Source: Vicugna vicugna
Taxonomy: Eukaryota
Assembly (NCBI GenBank): GCA_013265495.1
Contig: MU058065.1
Location: forward strand, 4,934,976 to 4,998,975
Length of the DNA: 64,000 nt
Reading direction: 5' to 3'
Shown piece after piece: positions 1 to 11,565 of the stretch. Below the pieces are notes generated by a model. The model saw only the letters and a program-made list of their open reading frames with translations. It had not been told where the DNA came from and searched no databases. The position numbers were made by a program, and so were the translations under genes. The number at the start of each line of letters is the position of its first letter. The first letter of the stretch is position 1.

Positions 1-399
1 CTAAGGGTATGTGGCAAATACTGTTAGATCACCTTGGACAGCTATAATGAAGGAGGGCTGCCTGGCGATGGCAGGCTGTAATCAGGACTTAAGAGATTAA
101 TACACTTTGTATGAGTGAACAGCAGGGGAGGACACTGCTGACACCCAGTATAGCTTAAGTAGAGCAGAAGCTGGAGTCACTGAACTCCTGGAGACAGCCC
201 TGGCACAGAAGACATGCCTGTGAATGCAGTTGGACCTAATATGAGTTCCCATGATCTGTCTACGTCTCCAGCCCATTTCTTTCTACTGTGTGCCCTGCAC
301 CTTACTCCCAGCAGATTTGAGGCAATTTTAGTTCACCTGCATGTACTAACTGATGCTGCCCCTTCTCAGATTGCCCTCCTCCGTGGCATAACTTCTACG

Positions 400-632
400 A
401 ATCTTTAAGACTCAGCTCAGATCTCTCCTGACCCGCCACTCCCACCCGGAGCACGGTGAGTGCCTCGTCTCTTTCCAAAAGACCCCAAGCACTTTCTAGC
501 ATTGATCTCACTGCATGCTCTTATAATTAAGTCTATCCTCCCTAATTGATCAAGAGCTTCTGGAAACAGGGACCACATTATATTCATTTTTTATCCCCAG
601 CACTTATGATATTCTGCATGAATAAATGAATG
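400..632 (+). mobile_element. L2 LINE 3' end fragment
   Basis: Degenerate L2 3' motifs (gagcttctggaaacagggacc...ttatccccagcac) ending in tgaataaatgaatgg. Confidence 0.55.
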
Positions 633-869
633 GCTCTGTCATACACATAATGAAGATTCTCCAAAGATTTCTGAACAGGGATGTGGTATCATCTTTGTGA
701 TACTTTAGGAAGTGTAATTTGTCGATAATATTCAGTCTGGATATTTCTGCCTAAAATGAAGCATTGTTTTTTGGGATTGGTGATGACAAAGGTAACAGGG
801 ATATTTTGAAATATATTAACATGCCTTTCTACTTCTAATTTTTATATGACCTTCTCTAGCACGACCTTC

Positions 870-1180
870 TCCCTGTTAATCCATATGGCTTGTTTTCTAG
901 CTTATGTCAGGTCGTGTTCAGATGTCACTTTTAAAGTGAAGCCCAGCACTCCACGCCTAGCACTTGCTAGCATCCTCTCTGGCTTTATTTTCTTTCATAC
1001 CTCATATCATCACCTTATATATTTATTTTACTTATTAATTTGGTTTATTATCTATCACTTCTTCTCCAGAATGACAGCTCCTTGGAAGCAGGAATTCCAT
1101 CCATTTCCTTTATAACAGCATCCGTGGTACCCAGAAGGGTGTCTGATACACAGCCTGGGAGGGGGGTGTATTTGAATTGT
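870..1180 (+). mobile_element. L2a-like LINE 3' fragment
   Basis: caggtc..ttcagatgtcactt, ccagaatgacagctccttggaagcagg and cccagaagggtgtctgatacacag resemble the L2a 3' consensus. Confidence 0.65.
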
Positions 1181-2739
1181 TATAATAGAAAGAGAAAGAA
1201 ATAGCTGATTTTCTGTTCCTGGCATTTCAAATAAGAGTTTGCCATGAGGCAACAGGCTCTGAAGCCAGGATTTGTTGATGAATATTTCTCTAAAGGTTAA
1301 AGCCTTTCTGCAAATCAAGAACCGAACCTGAAGAACTCAGACTTTGAACCGTCCTCCGCAGTGTATCTAAGAGGCCCCCTTCACCCACGACACCCAGGCA
1401 AAGAACCCCAGAAGGGATTCTATTACAGAATATCACTGCACCAAGCTGATGAGAAGTAGGTGAGGAGAGGTGGTGAGATCAAAGGTCATTAATAACCCCA
1501 ACATCAGAGGAATGGCCAGTGTGTAACTTTCTTGAGCCTCTTTTGCTGCTGGTGAGATGAAGGCGAGACCTAGAATCTCCTGCCAGTTCACAAGGGGTGA
1601 GTGCAAAGAATTTGAGATGAGAAACAACAGTCCTCTCTGATAATGAAGGGAGACGAGGCCCCCCGTCAGGACAGGGCCAGGAGTGGAAAAGGAGCATGGC
1701 TGAGACCAAAGAGGACCACAGAGAACAAAGAGAGGCCAAGCTGCAGAGGAGGGCTGCTGAGCCCAACAGGGCAAGAGCAAGCACATCCCAAGTTACGGTG
1801 ACCAGAAATGCTGGGAGGCACCAGCCAGAGCAGGACATCACACTCAGACAGCAGAGGAGCCACAGGATTCTGCCTGGGCTTAGAACCCTATCATTCTACT
1901 ATCTCGAGATCACATAAGCCATTTCTGGGGGGTTGTTGGAGAGCAAATTATGGAAATTAGGAGACTTAACCATTTTTACCTATAGGCTGGGAAACCTAAA
2001 GGAATGGTTTCAATTATTGTATCAGATTTGATTTGTCCCCACAACTTAGCAGGGGGAGTGATCATAAGGAAAAGCAGATCAGTTGGAAATGTGATAAAGA
2101 AATTGCATCTTCTTTGCACATCTAAGCCGACTGTGAGTACCTATCCAACAAAGTAGTCGGCACACAGAGCCAGAGCTCCATGAAGGGTAAATGGATGCTA
2201 GTGGACAAAAGCCAGAGAATTTTCTCAAAGTTGGGTTCTTCCTGGTGCGGGCACGCCCTCTAGGTATACCTCCGACTTGTGTAGCGACTCTACACAAGTC
2301 GCTCTGCTATGTGCTAGCAACGCATGGAAAGATCCTGAGACAGTTTCCTTGGAGATTTTAGAATCACACACTAGACCTTACATGTTCATTCCATTATCTA
2401 GTTCACCAGTGGCTTCTCCAAAATATGACTTTATTTCATCCTTACAGAACAGCTTGTGGTTGTCACTAACCCCATTCAGCAGATAAGGAAGCCAGCTGAG
2501 CCCCGGGGTCTAAAGTTGCAGGGCTGTGTGTCTGGATTCCAGACCTCACGGAATTCCCAGACTCTCCCGCACAGTGTCAGTTACCAGCTGTTCTCATTTC
2601 AGAAAGTGGGGAGTTTCTCCTAATTCCTCACAATGAATTTCTCTCCAATCACTGATCTCGGAATCTCTCAGTCCATCCCACTGAGCCCAGTCGAGCAGGC
2701 AGATACCCGCGTGTTCCTCCCGCAGCAGGTACACTCAAA

Positions 2740-3110
2740 TGAATGGCAGCGTTCACTGCCGCTTAACGAGTAGCCCCCTGCTGCCACGGTTACACATTCT
2801 GGTTTGAATTTTTAATTCCATCTCATAAAATAATGCCATAAATCATCCTGCGCTCCATTTAGAGTTGCATTTTCCAAAACCATCTCTGAAGTAATTAAGG
2901 AGAAACTACACAGGCCTCTAAATCAGTTCTCCAAGATGTGCAGGAGCAATGAAATTTCTGCAGCTCACTTTTTCTCCCGTCTGTCTCTCACATCAATTCA
3001 TCCTGGCTATGACAAACTATCATCCCCAAACCTTCATTCACAAAATATTTATGAGCCATTTGTGAACCTTTAGCCACTGAGAAACATAATGTTGCATGAC
3101 AAAAGTGAGT
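2740..3110. promoter_or_regulatory. Candidate conserved non-coding element with CTCF-like motif
   Basis: Non-repetitive; CATAAA/TAAT motifs; minus-strand TGGCAGCAGGGGGCTA at 2771-2786 resembles the CTCF core. Conservation not tested. Confidence 0.3.
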
Positions 3111-3925
3111 TATATGAAAGTGTACAAAGTCTTACTTTAATATAATCCATCCGGCCCCAGGTCTACAGATTAATAACCTGAGCCTGACTCCAATATGAGA
3201 TCCAGACCAAATGAGACATTCTGAAATCTCGTGGCTGCACCCAGAGACCTTGCAACCTAACCTAATTCGCCTGTTGCCTACATTTTCAAAATCAAATAAA
3301 TACATAAATAACAAGTAAATCCAAAGGAGAGTTCCTCAGCTCCAGGGAGCACTTTCACAGCATATACAAAGCAAACCAATTTGAATGTTTCCCCAACATG
3401 CAGGTGTTAAATACGCGTGCTTGGCAGGAATAATTATTTGCCGTATTCCCTGGATCTTCTCTCTTGCTGAATTGAATTTGTCTTCAATTCTTAGAGGGAA
3501 TAAAACATAAAATGTACACCAAAACAGTAGAAAACCTGTGACAGTAAGTGAGAGATTTGCCACCGGGGTTGTTATGAACATTGTTTAGGCAGCATCAGAT
3601 TGAAAAATAGCAAGAGGACGTCTTTCCTGAATCTCCCCTTCCCACTCTGCAGCTGACAGAAAGATGTGAAGTCGAAACAATGGAGTCTGGAATGAGGCTG
3701 GGAGCAGAGTGGCTGCCAATTGCTCTTGAGCCAAAGTCAATGACATTCTTGAAAAAAGAAGAGATTTGTGACTTCTTCATAGTCTCTGGTCACCAGTAGA
3801 GACTCTGGAATGATGGGATGACAAAGCTGGAAGAAGGCCTCACACAGCCGTGGGGACCCCCAGGGGTCATGGGAGCCGGGCGAGGTGGTGGCATCCCTGG
3901 TGGAGATGGAACCGTTTCCTTGAGA

Positions 3926-4104
3926 CAGCAGTTCTCAAACGAGCTGCACATTAGAATCGCCTGTGCAATTTTAAGGCCTGCTAACATCAGCCATCGCCCC
4001 AGGACTGACTGGATCAGAATCTCTACAGGCGGGCGTGCAGACCCTGCTAGTTGTGAAATGTGTTCCAAATGAGCCTAATACTTTGGTAGGGCTGGGAACC
4101 ACTG
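3926..4104. mobile_element. MER5-family hAT-Charlie MITE (MER5A1/MER5B-like)
   Basis: Terminal inverted repeats cagcagttctca...gggaaccactg; internal gctgcacattagaatc and atcagaatctct; ~180 bp. Confidence 0.75.
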
Positions 4105-4179
4105 GATTGTGGTTGACTCTGTCAGTCAATTGCAATTGACGGCTGACTGACTGCTCCTGGACCCCTGGTAGAGATGAGA

Positions 4180-4500
4180 AGTTGCACACTTGAAGCCTGA
4201 GGCTTTATTTAGCACCCGGCCATGCTTAGTTTGGCACGTATTGTGTTTAAAATCACAAAAAATATTTTTAAAATAGGATCCTTCATATAAAAAATATAAA
4301 TTTCTAATTCCTTCCGAAAAAGCCGTTCTAGACATCCTACATGTCACATTCAGCTTGACCTAAGTGATGCCAGTCCTCTTGCACAAAACAGGTCTCTACA
4401 CCTCGCCACAGTCCCCGTCACTCCCCGCTGCGTGTGTATCATACCAGACCACGTCCCTCACTGATACCACCTGCGTGGCTTTTTTAGCTCTTTTTCTTTA
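4180..4500. mobile_element. MER102/Charlie8-like hAT fragment
   Basis: ttcatataaaaaatataaatttc and cgccacagtccccgtcactccc resemble the recalled MER102 consensus. Confidence 0.45.
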
Positions 4501-5409
4501 TGACCACCAGCATAGACCTATAGAATTGTTAGGAATCATAATCCTAAGATTCAAATTTTTATAAATAAGTAAACGAAGGTCTAGAAAAATGCAAACTGCT
4601 TCTTAGTTTCATTACTTCGCAAGCTCTGTCATACTTTCTCGAATTCCCATTTACCTAAGCCAAACTTGCAGTGAAATTTGTTTTTGCAGATTGGCCTATT
4701 AATATTTAATGATGTTTCTCTTTGAATTTTAAAGTAGTAATTAAATTGAACTGTTCAGAAAGAGCGTATTAATTCCAATTTTTTTCCAACATGAAAGAGA
4801 ATAAATCTTGCTCAAAACAAAGGCACAGTAAAAAGGGAACATTAATTCTGCAGGGTGAGCCAAGGTATCTTTTATTAAATATTTATTTCAATAATGAGAA
4901 ATGCATTGAGACAATCTACCACAGAAACATAAAATATATACTAATAAGAAATGTTTCCATCTAACTTTCTTAGCACCTTGATCAGCACTTCTCAATTTCT
5001 GACTTAATTTATATGTGTTTATACTCATCTAATATATTATTAATTCATCCAGGACAAAACCCTTATGTTTTTCATCTCCTGAGTCTCCAACAGCAGGTAG
5101 CTCAGGGTTTTACACATAGTTACTATACAATAAATATTGGTAAGTATCCATTAAAACATGCAAAGTGGACCCCAGGAGGTAAAAGGAAGCAACATTCAGA
5201 GTAAAGAAACTACAGAGAATATGGGCAACCCAGGTGGGACGGATCATGTTCTGTGCATATAGTTCACTGGGAACTTAACAAAAGCAAGCTTAGAAGTCCA
5301 AGGACATCAGTACTGCTGGAACACAAGGCTGCAACGGCATTTAAAGAGGCCAACCATCCTCTCTGCCCACTGCCATTCCCCCACGGCTTCCCTGATGAAA
5401 GAAAACGTC

Positions 5410-5560
5410 AGACCTATTGAATCTCTGCTCCATTCCAGGCACTGCCACTCATTTGATTGTTACAACAACCTCAAATGTTGCTGTTCCTACTTTACAAATG
5501 AGATGTTTTGGTCTAGAAGTGAAGTAACGTCTCCCAATCCATGCAACGGCTTAGTTGCAT
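5410..5560 (-). mobile_element. MIR SINE
   Basis: ctcatttgattgttacaacaacc...tttacaaatgag...agaagtgaagtaac matches the reverse MIR core. Confidence 0.55.
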
Positions 5561-5599
5561 TGCTCAGAGTTTCTCAGGCTTCTCAGGTCCCCAGGGCCA

Positions 5600-5712
5600 T
5601 CACAGTAAAATGCAGATTTTGATTCAGTAAGTCTGAGGTGGATCCTGAGAGCCTGTATTGCTAACAGAGCGCCTGTGATGTTGAAGCTGCCAGCCCATTT
5701 CCACCACTGGAA
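5600..5712. mobile_element. MER5A-like fragment
   Basis: tgattcagtaagtctgaggtggatcctgagagcctgtattgctaacag...gtgatgttgaagctgc matches the MER5A right half. Confidence 0.55.
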
Positions 5713-6265
5713 TGGAAGAGTGAAGCCAGCATTAAAATATGGGGGCCCTGAAAGCCCCATCAGAAGCTGGGTTCTTAGAAGCTTTCCTAATGCCATGAAC
5801 TGTGTCATGGTTGCTCACAACTGCCACGTAACTGCAACCCTCCCTCCCATCTTGCCTTAGAGTTTACAGGATCCTCTCACACGAAGCAGCCTCACTACCC
5901 CTTTCCTTTTCCTTTACCCAGCATCCCTTGCTCATGTTCTCAGTGGAAAGGATTCCAGGCCGTCAGTGGACCATTGTTCACTGACCCAGTCAGAAAAAAA
6001 ATATTCTAGAGCCCGTCCTGTGCTCCAGACATTGTGCCAAGCTCTAGAATGCAGTCATACACAGAAAAGGCCACTCCCTAAACCAGCTGCAAGTGCAGAG
6101 GCGCAAAACATTACAGGAAGAAAGACTCCATGAGCACATGGAGTGAGTACACTGGAAGAACTGGAATTCATGACCAGAGGTGCTCAGAGCTCGTTTCCCG
6201 AAAAGTACATCTCAGCTGAGACATAAGAGTCAGAGTTAAATAGGTGAAGAAGGAGCTAAAATTGA

Positions 6266-6731
6266 GTATGATAGTTAATTTTTGTGTGTCAACCTGACTG
6301 GGCCAGGGGGTGCTCAGAAAATTGATCAAACATTGTTGTGGGTGTGTCTTCAAGGGTGCCTTCGGATGAGATTGACATCTGAATCAGGGGACTGAGTACA
6401 GGAGATCCCCCTCCCTAGTGGATAGCTTCATTCAATCCACTGAAGACCTGAATAGAACAAAAAGGCTGCCCCTACAGAGTGAATTTCTCCTCCTGACTGT
6501 TTCAGCTGGGACATCACTCTTATTATGCTTTTGGACACTTCCTGGTTCTCAAGCCTTTGGCTATCAGACTGAAACATACACTATTGGCCCCCAGGGGTCT
6601 CCAGCTTGCCAACTGTCTGTCTTGGGATTTCCCAATGCCCGTGATCATAGGCGCCAATTCTTAATAACAGATCTCTTTTTACAAACACATACACACACAT
6701 TCTGTTTCTCTAGAGAACCCTGAGTAAATAA
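6266..6731 (+). mobile_element. MLT2 (ERVL) solo LTR
   Basis: Start atagttaatttttgtgtgtcaacctgactgggcc; internal tgaagacctgaatagaacaaaaagg; end ttctgtttctctagagaaccctga. Confidence 0.85.
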
Positions 6732-7084
6732 GCTGAGTAAAGGGCCAGGGCCGGGAGAGCTCAGTGCACTAGATGGAGGCAATTTAGGCAGAATCCAGTC
6801 TGGCTGGGGTCCAGAATGATGACTGGGGAAAAACCAGCTGTAAGGCTGGAGAGCTAAGGAGGACATACAAGGCAGAGTGAGACAGAGTTTGCCTCCAGGC
6901 TCTAGGTCTTACCTGCTCTATGTGCTCCTACTTCCCCTGGAAAGAAAAGAAGAAAAAAAAAACTGATAAAAAAAATGATAGACTAAATGTCAGAAATCGA
7001 AGACAATGAGGAAATGTTTAAATTTTCATTAATTATATTTATTATTTATCCTGGGGTAACAGAAGCATAGATTTTTGCCTTCAG

Positions 7085-7685
7085 TTGTCCATTTCACAAA
7101 TATTTATCAAGTCCCTGTCATGGGCCAAGCATCATTCCAGGTGGAGAGGAGACACCAGTGAACAAAGCCCCGACCTTCAAGGATGGTGGGGAGAGAAGTG
7201 CAGGCAATAAGCAAGGAGGCAAGACTATATGTTCTGTGTGCTTATTCTTATGAAGAAAAATAGAGCAAGAAATGAGGCCAGGGTGTGCTGGAGTAGAATT
7301 AGAGTGCTATTTCCTGGAGGGTGTCAGGGAAGCCCTTAGTGGCGAGATGAAGGGTGAGCAGGGACCTCTAGGAGGGCACATAGTAGGTGTGTTCAAGGAG
7401 CAGAAAGGAGTCCAGCATGGCCAGGGCAGATCGAGGAGGGGAGAATGGAAGGAGATGAGACCTGGAGGAGTCTCGGATCCCACCACGAGAGCCTTGTCGG
7501 CTGGTGTGAGGATTCTGACTTTTACACTGAAAGAGATGGGAAGCTCCTGGAAGGTAGGACAGCAAGTGTGCAAGCAGAGAGAGCCGTGAGGAGGTTACTG
7601 CAACAATCCCTTTGAGACACGATGGTAGCTGGGACAGAGATGGTATTAGTAAGGTGATGAGAAGCGTTCAAATCCTGGGTATGTG
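7085..7685 (-). mobile_element. L2a LINE, 3' segment of a fragmented copy
   Basis: cacaaatatttatcaagtccctgtcatgggccaagc...gacaccagtgaacaaa (reverse L2a tail) followed by typical purine-rich L2 body. Confidence 0.75.
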
Positions 7686-8330
7686 TATTTGTATTTACTT
7701 TCATTGTGGTAAAATAAACATACCACACTATTTATCATTTTAACCATTCATCAGTATGCAATTGAGTGGCATTGCATACATTCACAGTGTTGTGTAACCA
7801 CCATTCGCTATCTCTGCCCAAAACATTTTCATTATCCCCAACAATAACTCTGGACCCAGTAAACAATTATCTGTCTCTTTTCCCCTACTCTCAGCCCCAG
7901 AAAACCATCTTTCTACTTTCTGCCTCCATGAATTTTCCTTTCCTAGGAAACTTCATATAAGCCAGATCAGACTTGTCCTCTGTGTCTGGTTTATTTCACC
8001 AAGTACAATATTTTCCATGTTCATTCATGTTTTAGCATGTATCAAAATTGCATTCTTTATTATAGCTGAATAATATTCCGTTGTATGTATATACCGCATT
8101 TTGTTTATCTGTTTTCTGTTGTTGATGAACACTTGGGTTGTTTCTGCCTTCTGGCTATTGTGACTAATTATGCTATGAACACTGGTGTACAAATATCTGT
8201 TCAAGTCCCTGATTTCAATTCTCTTTGATATATACAGGTGAAATTTCTCTAGCATATGGTAGTTCTATGTTTTTCACAGCACCATTTTACATATGCACCA
8301 GCACTACACAAGGGTTCCAGTTTTGCCATA
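7686..8330 (-). mobile_element. Old L1 (L1MA/L1MB-type) 3' end inserted in L2
   Basis: attgtggtaaaata...ttcacagtgttgtgtaaccaccat 3' UTR; minus ORF 8025-8255 contains YIHTTEYYSAIIKN, like the L1 ORF2 C-terminus. Confidence 0.85.
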
Positions 8331-8708
8331 CTGGATTTGTTTTTTAGACTCAAGAGGATTTCCTAATCTATTGAATGTGTGATGTTAAAGACATAATGTT
8401 GGAGAAAACCTATGTTACTCTAAGGTTTTTGTCCTGAGCCACTAGAATAATGGGGGGTACCATTTACTGCGATGGGAAACATTGTAAGAGGAGCAAGTTT
8501 GGGGGACAATGTCAATAATTTGATTTTGAATATGTAAGGGTTTATGATGCCAATTAAACAACTAAGGAGAAATAACAAGTGGGCAATGAAGAAAAGTCTG
8601 GAATTCAATGGAAAGGTCTAGAATAGAGGCAGTATTTGCAGCCGTGTACAGGGAGGAGATGATCAAGGGAGTGAGTATATATGTAGAAAAGAGAGAAGGT
8701 CTGTAAGA
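8331..8708 (-). mobile_element. L2 LINE continuation
   Basis: taaggtttttgtcctgagc..ccatttactgcgatgggaaac..gaggagcaagtttggggg..tctggaattca are reverse L2 motifs. Confidence 0.7.
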
Positions 8709-9700
8709 GTCAGTGCCTTAACACCAAAGAGATAACATGCTCATATTTAGGGTAAGTTGATGATTTATTTGCAAAGGAATAGATTTCAAAGGTAGGAAGG
8801 TGTAGGATAAGCACAAGGCACTCAGGGCTAGCAAAAGTATAGTCACTACATCCTAGAAAAGGCTGGTGTGGGGACCCCATAACACAGTCCTTTGCCTGAA
8901 GGCAAGGAGGGAAGAAAGAGATGGCCAGAACGCACAGGAGAGTCATGCAGAGCAGGTCACTGGGAGATGAGCACCAGAATCCACAACTGACCCAAAGCCA
9001 ACTCACAGGGGAGAGACCAAGGGACAGCATGACCTGACTCACCCTCCAGCCTCCCTCTAGTCTCCTGCCAGATGTCCACTGGCCGAATCCAGCCAGACAC
9101 AAGAGGTTCTGCGTTAGTTTGCCGGGGTTGTTATTACAAAGTACCATAAACTGAGTGGCTTAAGTAACAGAGATGTATTGTCTCATAGTTCTAGAAGCTA
9201 GAAGTCCGAGATCAAGGCAGGACTGGCTCCTTCTAAGAACTGAGAGAGAATCCACTCCATGCCCCTTTCCTAGCTTCTGGGGGCATGATGACAATTTTTT
9301 GTGCTTTGGCTTGTAGTTGCATCATCCTGACTTCCGTCTTGATACCCACATGGCATTGTCCCTGTGTATGGGAGGCATTGTCCCTGTGTATGGCTGTGTC
9401 TAAATGTCCCCTTTTTATTAGGGCATCAGTCACCCTGGATTAAGAGACCCCTCGAGCCTAGGATGACTTCGTTTTAACTATTTACATCTGCAGGGAATCT
9501 TATTTCCAAGTAAGGTCACATTCTGAGATACTGCGGGGTTAGGACTCCGACATGTGAACTTTAGGGGAATACAATTCAGCTCATAACAAGCGCTGAAGTC
9601 CTGACGTAATCCACAAAGGTCAGCCTCCCAGGACGCCGAGCTGGTTGAAGAGGAAAGTGGAGCGAGAACCCCAAGGAATGGAAGACTTCCCCCAGCCCAG
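8709..9700 (-). mobile_element. Ancient ERVL LTR (LTR33/LTR41-like) split by MLT1
   Basis: ctcctgccagatgtccactggccgaatccagccag before the MLT1 and aatccacaaaggtcagcctcccagg after it. Confidence 0.5.
9110..9588 (-). mobile_element. MLT1C-like MaLR solo LTR
   Basis: acaaagtaccataaactgagtggctt...gaagtccgagatcaagg...aaggtcacattctgag...acaattcagctcataaca; ~480 bp. Confidence 0.85.
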
Positions 9701-9875
9701 AGCTGAGGGGCACTCCAGCGTGTGGCAGTCTGGCATATGAGGAGGAGCAGAAAAGAAGGAGCCTGTGAGGTTGAAGAAGAAACAAGAAGGGGAAGCCCCA
9801 GCCAGTGAAGCAAGTGTCTCAAGAAGGAGGGAGTCATCACTGTATCAAATGCTGCTGATATGAGTGAAGTGAAAT
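9700..9875 (-). mobile_element. L2 LINE continuation
   Basis: agtgtctcaagaaggagggagtcatcactgtatcaaatgctgctga matches reverse L2. Confidence 0.65.
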
Positions 9876-10500
9876 TATTTTTACATTGTCACTTTTGTGA
9901 GGGATCCTGAGATTGTGGACTGCTCAGTGATACCTGGGAACCGTCAGGTCGCCCACTGATCTTGTCAGAAAAGCCTTTGCATTGGAATCATTTTCTAGCA
10001 TTTTAAAGCACGCTGGGTCACATCAGCTAGACGGGAAGCACCTGTCGGTGAGGGAGAGCAGCGCACTCTGCTCCGGCACAGTATTAAGCGCGGTAAAAAT
10101 ACGGGTAGATTGACCATTCATCTTTTCACCGCAGTTGGTTCACTGCCATAATACCTACCAAACGAAAAATAAATGGTTTGGTATTAAGGATTGTCAATTC
10201 ATACATAATCCCAACTCTGCACTCAGCCCCACATGATTTTTTTTTTAAGAATATAATCAAACCATAAAGAACAAAGAGGCATGTTCATGGAGAACTCTTG
10301 CTGACCCCAAAGGAAAGAATGCCCCAACCGTCCTGCAGTCCCACAAGCACGGGGAAGGGAGGGGGGCTCATGGGAGGGGGAACAACTCTCTTCAGTGTCC
10401 TTGACGGAAGCAGAGTGACAGATACTGTGGGTGATTAGACTGAATGAATCCTGTGCTTGGGCACCACCCAAACCAAGGCAGGTGGAGTTTCCATTAGACG

Positions 10501-10552
10501 TTCTTTTTCTTTTTCTTTCTTTCTTCTTTCTTTCTTTCTTTATTTTTTTTTT
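10501..10552 (-). repeat. (TTTC)n/T-rich tract, probable decayed poly(A) tail
   Basis: ttctttttctttttctttctttcttctttctttctttctttattttttttttt. Confidence 0.7.
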
Positions 10553-10557
10553 AATTC

Positions 10558-10654
10558 AATGTAGTTTAGTGCAGCCATTATGGAAAAAGGTATGGGGATT
10601 CCTTAAAAAAACTAAAAATAGACTTACCAGATGATCCAGCAACCCCACTCCTAG
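10558..10654 (+). mobile_element. Short L1 ORF2 fragment
   Basis: Encodes [16 protein letters not shown]..; closely similar to the reverse complement of ~32240-32336 in the L1 at 31590-32382. Confidence 0.85.
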
Positions 10655-11369
10655 TGAGACCACAGGGAGAGGAGGGATAGGCCGGGCCAGTAAATGGACT
10701 CTATTCTGCCAGTGTGTCACGGGACATGGGTGGACAGGCCCCGAGCATCTTAGGGTCACTCTTCTGGGCAAACAGCCAAAACTGGAGAGTGTTCAACTGA
10801 TGCAAAGGGCTGCAGAGAGTCATCAGGTGGCCCGGGGGCAAATACAGACGTCATGGTGTCGGGTCAGAGAGAGTGTAGAGACAAGAAGGCCACAGGGCAC
10901 ACACGCTATGCCGTCTGGCCCTCGGGAGGTCAACAAGGGGGTGGACGGGCAGACTGGCGGGCGGGCAGCGGCAGCAGCGGGAAGCCAGCGCCACAGACCA
11001 GGTGTGGAGGTCAAGCACAAGGCCCTCAGGAAATTTGGGAGCATGGTAAGGGACTGGGATTCTAGAGGAACGCGCCTGTTGTAAATGGAAACACATGCCC
11101 TCATCAAGGAGGGGACCGCTGGAGCATCCTCCAACCTCGCTTTCTGGTCTTCTCCGTGCCATGAGTGGTGTCAAATGCCAGTTCCAGATGGTGTCCTCTG
11201 AGGCCTGCAGGTGGGAGCCGGCAACTGGCAGCCCGCTGAGGTGGGGGTGCGGCCGGGGAGGAGCGGGGATGCTGCGGGGCCCCCAGACCAAGCCCTGTTC
11301 CCTGCCTCTCCCTCCGTGTTCATCCCATCATTGTTAACGTCATTATCATCACTGTCAGTCTATCGGAGG

Positions 11370-11565
11370 CTCACTGCACAATACAATTCAGTTTGCTCTT
11401 TGCATTCATTGTTTCCTTTAACATTCTAAAACCGAGGGAGATGGTCTTAGGATCATTTTACAGATGAAGAACCTTGAGTCAAAGAGTGTGAAACACTTGC
11501 CCAAAGTTATACAATAGGGAAAAGGCACAGTCAGGATTAGAACTCACTTTGTGTTACTCCAGACC
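11370..11565 (-). mobile_element. MIR SINE
   Basis: cattttacagatgaagaacc...acttgcccaaagttatac...ggattagaactc. Confidence 0.75.

Noticed and set aside
1430..1930. Possible old MLT1-type LTR
   Set aside because: Resemblance too faint to assign a family or boundaries by eye.
10823..11291. Overlapping ORFs as a processed pseudogene
   Set aside because: No recognisable parent protein, and open frames are expected in GC-rich DNA. Kept only as an unexplained island.
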